Assembly: GCA_965202585.1 (NCBI GenBank)
Contig: OZ241826.1
Span: 94,302,001-94,366,000, forward strand
DNA: 64,000 nt
DNA from: Thalia democratica
Taxonomy: Eukaryota
Direction of reading: 5' to 3'
The stretch's first letter is position 1. Every line of letters starts with the position of its first letter. Below are positions 40,238 to 51,750 of the stretch, piece after piece. The notes below the pieces were generated by a model. That model saw nothing but the letters and a program-made list of their open reading frames with translations, was not told the DNA's origin and did not search any database. The translations under genes and the position numbers were made by a program.

Positions 40238-41790
40238 TTGGGCATTAAAGAAATGGGACCGTAAGCAGCAAAGGGGCTAAAGGAGGCCATAAGTATTAAA
40301 GGGACCACAATGGGGTAATAAGGTCATAATTTGCATATATTCATGAGTTGATGATTTAGAACAAAAATTTAAGGAAATTAAGGGACCATAAGCGGTTAAA
40401 GCGACGCCACAAGGCCATGATTTAAAATTTACACTAGCTATATATTATGAAGTTGATGATAAAAAGCAAAAATAAAGGTCTTAGGCTTTTTCAATTTTAG
40501 ATTTTAGAGAAATCTTCTCGAAGGAAGCAATAGGTTTTTAGTTTAATAAACAGAAGCAGTTTGAAAAAAAAGATTAAGAAACCCTGATTTAAAGTTAAAT
40601 GAAATAAAAATCAGCAGTTTAAAATACATATCCCTTAATAAATAGTTTTGTCAATTAAACATGCCTGCCAAAAAACCTGGAATCACTAAAAATCCTTTAA
40701 CTTGCCAATTTAGGTTAATGAAACCTGGAAAAACCTTGAAACTTCGTAAAAAAGGAAATTTTGAACAAAAATACTATAAACAGTGGAATTTTTAACAAAA
40801 TAGATATGTTAAGTAGTAACATTTCAATTTGACACTAAAAATCTACGAAATCAAAAAAAAAGTTTTGTGTTCATCAAATATATAAAGACATTTTAAGTTG
40901 CTTCACAGTATTTGTTCAATGTTGTTTTACTACTTAACAAAGTTTTTAACTTTAAAACTTAGCCTTTAAAGTAAAAATAGACCCAAAAAATGTACTTTTA
41001 AATACATTAAAAAAAAAAACACTGAAAACCTTGAAGAAGTATCTCAAAGTCATTTGGTCAACCCTGGCTATAGAACCTTTTATCTCTTTGTTAGTTCAGT
41101 ACCATAAGATACTTAGTAACAGACTTTTTAAAAACTGTTCAAAAATTATAAGTCATGTTTAACTGAACTAAATCAAGTTAGGAATCTTTTTTTATCATTT
41201 AATTTTTAACTTAGTTAGTTATAATTTTTTGACAGTAAATAAATATACTTTTATGAAAATAAAGCAAAAGTTTTTTTTTAATAAAAAATCACCAATTTCA
41301 TTCGGCAGAATATAACTTAAAAGCTAGAAAAAGTTATTATTAAGAGCAAACATATTAAATTTTGTTTCTATATTTAAGTAGGACTACTACGTTTTAGGAT
41401 ATTTAAATTTGGCACTTGATAATTAAATCTAATAATTAAGTCAAATTTATTGCAAATAAGTTTGTTTAAAAACTGTTAAATGCCTCAATAATTGATATAA
41501 TTAATTTAAAAATTATAACTAAATGTAAGTACTATTAACAAGAATAATGTTTTATTGTTGCTTTTGTATAAATATAAAGCACCTTTTCAAATGTAATTGT
41601 CGTAGTATCAACTGAAACAGATTTTCTATGAGATTTTTTGATTAAAATTAAAAATACGGTAAAACACTTTTTTATAGAAAACTACGTTTTAACTTTTTCT
41701 TAGAAAATGAGAATATATAGTTTGTTTAAATTTTAGATTTTATTTACAATTGCATATTAAACATTTAACAAATGCTGAAATAAGATATAT
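40238..41790 (+). repeat. Module Y second copy (includes a MITE at 40660-41066)
   Basis: Colinear with 26655-28270. Confidence 0.9.
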
Positions 41791-42812
41791 TACGAATTGA
41801 TTTGTATTAATACTTTTTATCGTGTAAAATTAATTGTAAAAAACTGAGCAAATATTTTTATAGCCTTTTATTTTCAAACAAATATTTAGAGTATGACCAT
41901 GTATTTTATAAAACATCTGTAAATAAAAATAAGTTTTAAAACAAACATTTTTATATACAAACTATATTTATGTGTAAAAGGATATCAAACTGCATTTGAT
42001 AACTATTTAAATTAAATGGAAATCTTTAAATAAAAGTTCTTGTTTATCCTAGTGTTTAAGAGAAAGGTTGCAAGGTCATGTGTTTTACTGATACAAGATA
42101 AATAGAGTAAAGATAACGAGAAAATAAAGAGCAGACAACAGACAGTAATCCATTACTAATGTAATGTTGAATGAAGTTAAGATCCAGCCACGGAGATTCG
42201 TGGGAGCATTTCTAGCCACAGCCTGCTGCAGTAAACATGATATTATGGAGTAGACATTTATATTGTTTTGTTGAGTTATATAAAATATTTTTTTATTTTT
42301 ATACATAAAACAAGTCATTTAAGTATATAGGACAAACTTCTAGGCATTTAGAAACAAGAATAAAAGAGCACGTACCTAAGTGCGTGAAAGACCATATCAA
42401 AAATCAACCGAAGAAAATGAGTAATGCAACCTTAAACGCAACAAAAAGATCATCAATTTCAGAGCACTTAGTAAAAAATCCTAAATGTGGTAATAATTAC
42501 AGTGAGACAAAGTTCAAAGTTTTAAGAAGTTGCACGAACATTTTTGATTTAATTAAAATAGAAGCTATTTATATTCACTTAAACAAGCCAGAATTATGCA
42601 AACAAAGAGAATTTGATTACTCATTATCCTTGTTTAAATTAGACTAATTTTGTTTTGTTTTAAATTGTTACAGTTAATTACGTTTTCCTTGTTGTTTTTA
42701 ATTTTTTTTTTGTTATAGTTTAGGGTTTTTTTGCTATTTGATTGATAATTTCTCATATAATTAAAAAGGCTATATAAGTTTAAAATTTGTTTTACCTTGT
42801 TACAATTGTAAT

Positions 42813-42845
42813 CACACTGAAGAAAATTGTTGAAATATATATGTG
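42813..42845 (+). ncRNA. Minimal type I hammerhead ribozyme (5' pseudo-LTR)
   Basis: CACA-CUGAAGA-AA(AUUG)UU-GAAA-UAUAU-A-UGUG: 4-bp stem I, 2-bp stem II, palindromic stem III, predicted cleavage after A42841. Confidence 0.8.
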
Positions 42846-42895
42846 TTGTTGAAAAAGACTTGTTTTATGTATAAAAAATTAAAATTAGCAGACAT

Positions 42896-45336
42896 ATGTT
42901 TAAAATTTTAAAAAGTAGTTATTGTCTGACAACTGTTAAGCTGGGTAATAAGCTTATATCAACAGAATGTAAAGTGAAAAGAAATGAACTGTTAAATAAT
43001 TTTCTAAAGGAATGTTTGAATAAATTGGTTTGTCCTAAGTGGATTATTGCTAGAATCTACAAAAGTAGATTGAAATATAGCTACAAAGTTGAAAAGATTT
43101 TTCTAAAGTTGGAAATCAGAAAGATTGAAGAGAGGTTAATTAACTTAAAAGACTCTGCAGTTAGTATTAAAAATATTTTAAAAATAAAGTTAAAAGAAGA
43201 ACATTTTAATGAATTTATAAGTTGTTCTGAAAATATTACTAAAATGCAGCAAGAGAAGTATTTGGCAAAAAACAAAAAGAACCTAAACAGACTGGTAGAA
43301 CTTAAATTTGGAAACTTCACCAAGCAAAGTGTCAAAAACTTATCTTCTCAAAAATTTGACGAAAAAGACTTGACTGCGTTAAGCTATGGAATGAATTTTT
43401 CACTCCCCGCAAAAAAGGTTGATCAAGTTGCTACTTATTTAGGATTTGAGAAATATTTAAATCAACTTTTAAAACTCCAGCCAAGTTCAAAACAGGATGA
43501 AGTTGCTTTGAAAGCAAACTTAGTCTCAGTTGCACACAACTTTTACAAACTTAAGCCAGAACATAGTTCTGTAATTAATTCAAAAGAAATCATAAGTAGC
43601 CTGACTAAGATTAAAAGTAATGAACATATTGTCATTACTAAACCTGACAAAGGTTCAGGAATCGTAATTCTCAATAAAGATGACTATAATTCTAAAATGT
43701 TGAACATAATTAATGATGAGAAGAAGTTTTTAAAAATAGGTCCTGTAGGAGATAACTTAACTATAGTTAAGTTGGAAAAGAAAATTATTCAAATATTAAA
43801 AGATTTGGTGGATAAAAATGAACTTTCTCAAGAACATTATAATTTAATTAGACCGGTAGGTTCCATAAGACCTCGTTTATATGGTTTACCAAAACTACAC
43901 AAAGTGGATATACCTCTGAGGCCTATACTTTCTATGATAAGATCTCCACAACATGAATTGGCAAAATACTTAAATAGTCTTTTGGATCCAGTGTTGAAGT
44001 ATTTTTCTAGATATATTGTAAAAGACTCTTTCAAGTTTGTAGATGACTTAAAACTCCAGGGAGCTAAAGACACGTTTCTTTGTTCTTTTGATGTAAAAAG
44101 TCTTTTTACATGTGTACCTTTAAATGAAGTGATAGATATTTGTGCAGAAATGTTATATAACCTTGAAAATCCGACTCTGAAAAGAAGTAATTTTGTTCGA
44201 CTAATGAGACTCGCAACAGAAGAAGTTGAATTCAGTTTTAATAATATATTATACCGTCAAATTGATGGTATTGCCATGGGTTCCCCATTAGGACCTACAT
44301 TGGCAAACATATTTATGGGCTATCTTGAATACAAAGTTCTACCAGAATTCGATTCAAATTGTAAGTACATGAGATACGTGGATGATTGTTTTGTTATCAG
44401 TGATAGTGTAAAAGTTAGTAATTTATTGTTTGAGAGGTTAAACTCTTTGCATAGTGCTATTAAATTTACAAAAGAAAATGAAGAAAATGATCAAATATCA
44501 TTTTTAGATGTTTTAATCAAAAGAAAGGATAATAAATTCATAACGTCTATTTTCAGAAAACCATTTACTGGTCAATACCTTAACTTTCAATCATATTGCA
44601 GTAAAAGAAGAAAAATTGGTTTGATTAAAACCCTATTTCATAGAGCAAATAAAATATGTTCGCCAGAAGTATTTCAGAATGAACTTAAGGTTATAAAAGA
44701 ATTACTAATAAAGAACGGATATCCTAATCCGTTGATTGATAAGGTATTCAAAACTGAATTGAAAAGACTAAATTACACAAAACCTTATGGTCCAGAGAAA
44801 TGTCCTGTTCTATTAATCTTGCCCTATGTGGGTGAAAAATCAAAACAAGTTGAAGAGATATCAAGAATATGACAGAAAAAGTTTACAATGCATCTAAACC
44901 AAGAGTAATTTTTACATCTGCTGCTATCCTAAATCCTAGAGGTAAAGATCTAATATCCTACAAACACAAAAGTTGCGTGGTATACACGTATAAATGCTGT
45001 TGCGCAAACAGCTATATAGGACAAACTTCTAGGCATTTAAAAACAAGAATAAAAGAGCACGTACCTAAGTGCGTGAAAGACCATATCAAAAATCAACCGA
45101 AGAAAATGAGTAACGCAACCTTAAACGCAACAAAAAGATCATCAATTTCAGAGCACTTAGTAAAAAATCCTAAATGTGGTAATAATTACAGTGAGACAAA
45201 GTTCAAAGTTTTAAGAAGTTGCACGAACATTTTTGATTTAATTAAAATAGAAGCTATTTATATTCACTTAAACAAGCCAGAATTATGCAAACAAAGAGAA
45301 TTTGATTACTCATTATCCTTGTTTAAATTAGACTAA
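42896..45336 (+). CDS. PLE reverse transcriptase + GIY-YIG endonuclease, interrupted by one frameshift at ~44855
   Basis: YGLPKLHK, LRPILS, SFDVKSLFT, QIDGIAMGSPLGPTLANIFM, RYVDD; VVYTYKC...YIGQTSRHL.TRIKEH. Adding one A (GAA AGA GAT ATC AAG AAT ATG) fuses the 658-aa and 155-aa ORFs. Confidence 0.93.
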
Positions 45337-45500
45337 TTTTGTTTTGTTGTAAATTGTTACAGTTAATTACGTTTTCCTTGTTGTTTTTAATTTTTTTTTG
45401 TTATAGTTTAGGGTTTTTTTGCTATTTGATTGATAATTTTTCATATAATTAAAAAGGCTATATAAGTTTAAAATTTGTTTTACCTTGTTACAATTGTAAT

Positions 45501-45533
45501 CACACTGAAGAAAATTGTTGAAATATATATGTG
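45501..45533 (+). ncRNA. Minimal type I hammerhead ribozyme (3' pseudo-LTR)
   Basis: Identical motif 2688 nt downstream; predicted cleavage after A45529. Confidence 0.8.
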
Positions 45534-45981
45534 TTGTTGAAAAAGACTTGTTTTATGTATAAAAATTAAAATTAGCAGACATATGTTTAATATTTTTTTA
45601 TGTTATTTTTCATAACCTTTTTTTTACTTGCTTTCTAAGTAGTTAAATCTTATTTTATTTTACAGATTCTCTAAGTATATCCCTGTTAGATTAAATCCTG
45701 TGTAAAAATTTGATCACGTTTAAACGTATTTTCTAAAAAAACACTTTTTATATACTTGTTAAGGTTTGCTTGTTCTTAAATATAATACTTTTGTTATGCC
45801 TAGTTTTCTATAGAGTAGCCCTTTATTATTAGTATCAGTATTAGTTAGTTTAAAGTTGTTTTGTTGTTGTTTATTTATTTTTGTTGTTTATAATATTGTT
45901 TGTAAATACTTTATAACCGTATACATGCTTTTACTTAGTAAGCATCACAAAAAAAATTGTATTTAAAACTATTAGTTATTG

Positions 45982-46505
45982 GTAAGGAGTGTAATACTCA
46001 CGAAGAGACACTTTTGCACGAAGAAAATTTTGCATGGCATCAATTTCGAACAAGGGCTCACTTTTGTACAAAGACAGTTTAGAATAAGTGGAAAATTAAA
46101 AAAATAAAATTTATTATGTATGTATTTGCTATCCTCGGTCGTTAATTATTTTTGTTGTTTTTTAACTTAATAATAGTTTTTATGTTTCTAATTTTTTAAT
46201 TTAACAGTGTTTATTACGTATATTTATAAATATATTTTCTATCACTGTTACCTCTAAGCCTTACCCTAGGTCGGTAACTTAATTTTGTTTTTTGTATTTT
46301 TATTAATTTTTTTTTTCAAGATCTTTTTGCTATATACTTTAGTTTTAATTTTAACTGTCATTGTTACTCATAACCCTTACCCTCGTTCAGTAACTTTTTT
46401 TTTTGTCTTTTTTAATTCATTTGTTTGTTTATTTATTTTTTTACCCTCATTTTAAAATGACCCCTAGTGCAAAAATGTTTTCGTGCATATTTGACCTACT
46501 TCCTA
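45982..46505. mobile_element. Second copy of the TAACCCTTACC-motif dispersed repeat
   Basis: Motifs at ~46255 and 46371; same layout as 14342-14855. Confidence 0.45.
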
Positions 46506-46765
46506 GTTTATGATATACGAAGAATCTACTTGAGTCTTTAAAATATTTATTCTTGTTTTAATAAATTACAGAAACAATGTTAAATGATCATAAAAATAAT
46601 TTATAATATTAATAGAATACTACACTAATTATCAAAACATATAAAAGGTTTTGTTGTTAAGCCTAAAACATTATGCAAAAATGTAGTAAAGGACAGATTT
46701 ATTTGTTATTAAAATTGGTAAGTACAAGATTTTTTTTAATTATAAAAATAACCAACATCTATAAA

Positions 46766-46987
46766 ATGGGAAATAAAATGTCTAAAATATGGAACTTCAA
46801 TGAAATCAATAAAAATAGAACTGAATTGAAAATTAATGGTATTTCAAAAAGCTTAAAAAAACGGCTGGAAAAATTTTTAAAGCTATGCAGAGAAAATTCT
46901 CCAACAGTCTTCAAAGAAAAAGATTTTAGTGTAATAAACTCTCAAGCAGGTATATTTTGTAATATGAATAATAAATTCAGTTTTTAA
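46766..46987 (+). CDS. Possible 73-aa small protein with an N-myristoylation-like start (MGNKMS)
   Basis: Open frame with MGxxxS start; no recognisable domain. Confidence 0.25.
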   Translation: MGNKMSKIWNFNEINKNRTELKINGISKSLKKRLEKFLKLCRENSPTVFKEKDFSVINSQAGIFCNMNNKFSF

Positions 46988-47019
46988 TTAATATATTTGT
47001 ACATTATATCTAACTAAAA

Positions 47020-47431
47020 CTAGAACGGGTCAGAAAAGCACGGATGACACTTTAGCACCTAGTGACATTTTAGCAATGTGTGACAATTTAGCACGAAGTG
47101 ACACTATAGCACAAAGTGTCACTTTAGCACAACATTACTTAAGCACGGAGTGACACTTTGGTACGGAGTGAAATTTAAGCATAAAGTTTATTTTGCAATT
47201 GTTTTTAATTGTTTTAATGACATAAAGTACTGTATTGTTTGAAAATTTAAAAACAAACTATGCAACATGTAAATTAAAATTAAATTTACCCGCTTTAAAT
47301 TAATTACAAGTTTAAGCTTTAGTTAAAACCATGACAAAAATTAATTTAAAACATTTTAAAAGATTTAAAATTATTACGTGCAAAAATGTCACTCCGTGCT
47401 AAAGTGATACTTTTCTTTTCTGACACCTACC
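47020..47431. mobile_element. Mutator-like MITE, 412 bp, 9-bp TSD TAACTAAAA, subterminal 18-bp repeats
   Basis: taactaaaa|ctagaacgggtcagaaaag ... cttttctgacacctacc|taactaaaa. Confidence 0.8.
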
Positions 47432-47779
47432 TAACTAAAATATATATAATGAAGTATGTATTAAAAAAAAAAGTTTAATTGTATCATTTTTTATTAAGCA
47501 GTTAAAAAGCTTTGAATTATTTATGTAGTTTCTTGGAAATATTTTATAAAACATAAATAATGTATGTATACACAAAGATTACTTCTTTCTTAAATTCAGC
47601 TACAAAGAAAGTCTCAAAATAGTTTTAAAGACAATGAAATAATGAAAAGTATATTCAAGTATACTTGATTTTAATACTATTGAATAAACAACCTTATTGC
47701 AGTTTTGTTTTTATTAGTGTAAAATAAATAACATTTTTCAGGTACCTTTCCTGGAGATGTGATAAAATACTTGGAAATT

Positions 47780-49195
47780 ATGAAATTTAACCAAACAAAA
47801 TTTGATAAAGATTTGAAAGATAGTGTGCTTAAACTCATGAAGAGTAAAATAAAAACCCAAAACGTAGCAACTTTTTATTTTTTGTCTAAACTTTTCAACT
47901 TGAATGACCTTTCTAAACTGATTATGAATTATATTGAACTTTGGTTTACAACAGTTGCCGAAACTAACAACTTCTTAGAGTTAGATTTTCCACTGATGAA
48001 ACGAATTATTTCAAGCTCTAACTTACACATCACTTCAGAAATTGAAGTTTTCTCCGCGGCAAATGAATGGGTAAGTTACAGGCTTGATGAGAGAACCAAA
48101 CATGCAAAAAGTGTTTTATTATTAGTTCGCCTTCCTTTACTGACGGAACCTGCTTTGGTACAAGTTTTAAACAAATTCACATCTTTTCATAAAGCTGATG
48201 AGTGTCTAGAACTAATAGACGAGATACTTGAAAATATAGAATTGTACTATAAACGCTCGCCAAGTTCATGTTTCACAACGAGGTATTACAAGGAAAACAA
48301 CTTTGATATTTTGCACTGCGGAGACTATTTCTCATCGGTAGACAGCGATGTTGATATAAATACTAGTTTTGTGAACAAAATAGATGGTAGAAATTTGATT
48401 AGATGTAGAAAAGCTAGTTCGCTCACAAAAAACCGTCGTTTTCCATATTATTCCACACCAGTGGTATGTTTAAAAGGTCATGTTTACTTGTTAGGATGTT
48501 TACACGATGAAGGTAGAGATTTAAAAAACATTGAAAAATACTCAATTGCTACTGATTCTTTAGAAATTGTAGGAGATATGTTTGATGATCGTGGTCGTTA
48601 TTCTGCTTGTGGCTTTATAGATAAAGTTTATTTTATTGGAGGTGAGTTAGCAAACGAAGATAAATATACAGCAAATTGCATATTTTTTGATACAAATGAC
48701 AACACATGGGGTAATGTAGCAAGCATGAAAGAAGCTAGATCAAGTGCAGCTTGCATAGTATTTGAAGAAAGAATTGTTGTTTCTGGTGGATATAACGGTG
48801 AATCTTTAAACACTGTTGAGGCATATGACCACATAGCTGATGAATGGACATACATGCCAAGCATGAAAGAAAGAACATCGAGGCATAGTTTAATTGCTAT
48901 AAAGAACAAATTGTTTGCGATAGGATCTGGTAAGGATTACCTTGAAATTTACGACTCTGCATCAAACGCATTTGTAGTTATTAATCATTACCCAACCTAT
49001 ATATCTGACATGTATCCTCCATATGCTTGGGTCACTCACGCCATAGGTATGGGGAAAAAAGTTTTAATTTTTGAGTTCGAAGCATCTGAAGTTCATTGTT
49101 ACGACGCTGAAAAAAATGAATGGTCTATTGAATCTTGTTGCACGGCAACAGACGGTAGCAACTTCTTTTTGAAAATTCCAAAACTGGAGATATGA
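47780..49195 (+). CDS. BACK + Kelch-repeat protein lacking a BTB domain, 471 aa, intronless
   Basis: BACK: FTTVAETNNFLELDF...SSSNLHITSEIEVFSAANEWV...LLLLVRLPLL. Kelch repeats: VYFIGG, WGNVASMKEARS, IVVSGGY, YDHIADEWTYMPSM. First in-frame ATG at 47780. Confidence 0.9.
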   Translation: MKFNQTKFDKDLKDSVLKLMKSKIKTQNVATFYFLSKLFNLNDLSKLIMNYIELWFTTVAETNNFLELDFPLMKRIISSSNLHITSEIEVFSAANEWVSYRLDERTKHAKSVLLLVRLPLLTEPALVQVLNKFTSFHKADECLELIDEILENIELYYKRSPSSCFTTRYYKENNFDILHCGDYFSSVDSDVDINTSFVNKIDGRNLIRCRKASSLTKNRRFPYYSTPVVCLKGHVYLLGCLHDEGRDLKNIEKYSIATDSLEIVGDMFDDRGRYSACGFIDKVYFIGGELANEDKYTANCIFFDTNDNTWGNVASMKEARSSAACIVFEERIVVSGGYNGESLNTVEAYDHIADEWTYMPSMKERTSRHSLIAIKNKLFAIGSGKDYLEIYDSASNAFVVINHYPTYISDMYPPYAWVTHAIGMGKKVLIFEFEASEVHCYDAEKNEWSIESCCTATDGSNFFLKIPKLEI

Positions 49196-50444
49196 CATTC
49201 TAAGTCAAATAATTTAAACGTCAACGCCCTTTTAGACACTTACAAGTTTTGAATAAAACTTATGAATAGTAATTTTTTGTGAGAAATAGTATAAAAAAAG
49301 TTCTTTTTCTTTTTGAAATATCAATAAGTGTTAGAGTTTTCATACAAACAAATTTAAAAAAGTTTTTAAACTATCTCAGATATTTACAGTCTTTTGGTAT
49401 GTTAAAATAAAGATATTTATGTAAAGCTAAAATACTGATTAAAACCACAATTTGAATTAGGTAAAAAGCACAAAAAATTTTTAGAATTTTATTGATTTAA
49501 AAAGAAATTTAATTACTGCTTTTTCGATATTTTTATTAAGTGTTGCGCGAAGAAATTAAGTTTTATTTAATTTTTTTTTATTTCTTTAATATGTTAAATA
49601 AAATGAATATTTTTTTTTGTTGTACTTAACAATAATTTTTTAGGTTACTGACTTTATTCTTCAACAGTATATTTTTATTCGTACCAGTACAATTAAAAAC
49701 CAACTTTTTTTCTGTATTTTTATTTAAACTAATAATAAAAATAATTATAAAAAATTAATTTGTAGATAATGACTGAAATTAGCAATAAGTAGTAAAAATT
49801 TAATAGGTACCATTTATAACTTGTTAAAAAGAACAGAAATTATTATATTTTACTTTTTAGACAAAGCTTTTCAACAGTTATTTTATATCGTTATCAAGAT
49901 TAATAAAAAACTTCAAATCTAATAATTAATTTTTTAGTTTAAAAATTGCATGTCAGGTAGTATGACGTGAACGAAAAAAACTAATGTGCTGAAAAATAAC
50001 AAAAAATAAGTAAAAGTTTAGGGACGCTCTCAGTTCAAACCCGCATAAAATTCTCTATAAATTCCGACTTGAATCAATTCACGTATAACTAATTTTTACT
50101 TGACTAATTCCCAGCCGATTCAACTACCTCCTCAAACAAATGCTATTCGATCAATGCTCGCCCAATGCCCAAATACTCCCACTTAATCAATTTTGCAAGT
50201 CACTTTTACACAGTGACAGTTTTGCACAGTGTTAGTTTCGTATAGGTAACATTTTCAACGAATCATTCCTTTTTTATAAATAGGTTTTGCACAAAGTGTT
50301 GTGTTTGCATGGACTTATCTTTCCGAATGTGAAATTTTTTAAGCCAGTTGTCTTTACAACCTTTAAAATAAGTTCAAAGGTTGTAAGATTACCTATATAC
50401 TAACATAACAATCATATGTAGTTTAATATATATATATATATATA

Positions 50445-50795
50445 CCACAGATGTTTTTGTGTTAAAACTTTATTCCGACTAACGGCGTTTCACTGCTCTC
50501 AAATAAATTTAAGAACAGATCTACGGAGTCTATAAAATATCAACACACATTAGAAAAAAAGCATGTGTAATTATGTATAGTGTTTATATGGAATAAAAAC
50601 ATAAAACTATAAAATTGTCTACAAAAATACAAATTTTGTGTTTTTATTCCACATAATCAATATACATAATTATACATGCTTTTTTTCTAATGTGTGTTAA
50701 TATTTTATAGACTCCGTAGATCTGTTCGTAAATTTATTTGAGAGCAGTGAAACGCCGTTAGTCGGAATAAAGTTTTAACACAAAAACTCCTGTCG
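50445..50795. mobile_element. 351-bp near-perfect palindromic (foldback) MITE flanked by TA
   Basis: ~160-bp arms (…ccgactaacggcgtttcactgctctc… / …gagagcagtgaaacgccgttagtcgg…), with TA on both sides. Confidence 0.85.
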
Positions 50796-51750
50796 TATAT
50801 ATTCTGATAAGCTTATCTTATCAGGATCTCCAAGATTTAACGCCTTTTAACGTTACATCTTATATATATATATATATATATATGTTATAAACTCTGTTAT
50901 ATTAACATTATCAAAATTTAACAAAAAAACCTTCAAACAACTTCGCTATAATAAAAATAAGAAATGTACGTCTAAGTTTAAAAAACTTTAATGCACTTAG
51001 AATAGAGTTTGTTTAGTTTATTGAAAGTTAACACAATAAACTAATTGAACTTCCTAAAAATAAAAAAATAACGTCTAAGCTTACTGTTTTTTACATTCGA
51101 AAAATAAAAGATTGAAACTACATCAAAGCTCGTTTAGTTTGTTGAAAGAAAAGCACGTTATACCTATTATTTTAAATGATAAAATAGCTCTTCGTTTTCT
51201 CAAATTTTGTAGCTGAGTATTTCTTAGAATACGAAAAACAATAATTCTTCAAATTTACTTTTCTCAAAACAAAAATATTATACTAAGAGTTTATTGGTTT
51301 CACTTGTATTCTTTAGTAGTTAAACCACCAGTGCAATTTAGAGGACATCAACCAAGCTGGTCAGTTGTTTATTTTTATTGGATTAACTTTCTGATATTTA
51401 TCATGTACCGTCAACATCCTCACCTTGATATTTGGAAAATGCAAACTGCTTATTAGGTATAGGGTTAAAATTTTCTGTAAGAAAAAACATTAAAATTTAA
51501 AAGAACTAGGTTCATCATTAACAAAAGTTTTCTTTATAGATCTAATTTGCAGAAAACGACTATTTTGATGACAAATTAACAAAGCTAAGCGTTGAATCTG
51601 GGATCAGCAAGCTGAGGTGTGCAAATGTGGTCCTTAAATCAAAGGTCTGAGGCCCGCGAGGTACATTTCAGCTAAAAGCATACTTTTATCATTCTGATGG
51701 TTTAAATAATTTGTGAAAAGAATACATAGTTTTTTTTTTTATATTATAAT

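Larger units (their letters stand above)
42296..45590 (+). mobile_element. Penelope-like retroelement with direct pseudo-LTRs (42324-42903 and 45013-45590) and a 21-nt inverted 5' tail
   Basis: RT + GIY-YIG ORF; ~578-bp direct repeats differing at only ~5 positions; 42296-42316 is the reverse complement of 42857-42877. Confidence 0.95.

Noticed and set aside
42384-42647. 87-aa ORF as a separate gene
   Set aside because: It is the duplicated 3' end of the PLE GIY-YIG domain inside the 5' pseudo-LTR.
43081-44073. Minus-strand ORFs 43081-43335 and 43837-44073 (also 48628-48909, 56963-57208, 11514-12160 on +)
   Set aside because: Antisense shadows of real coding regions, with no independent motifs.
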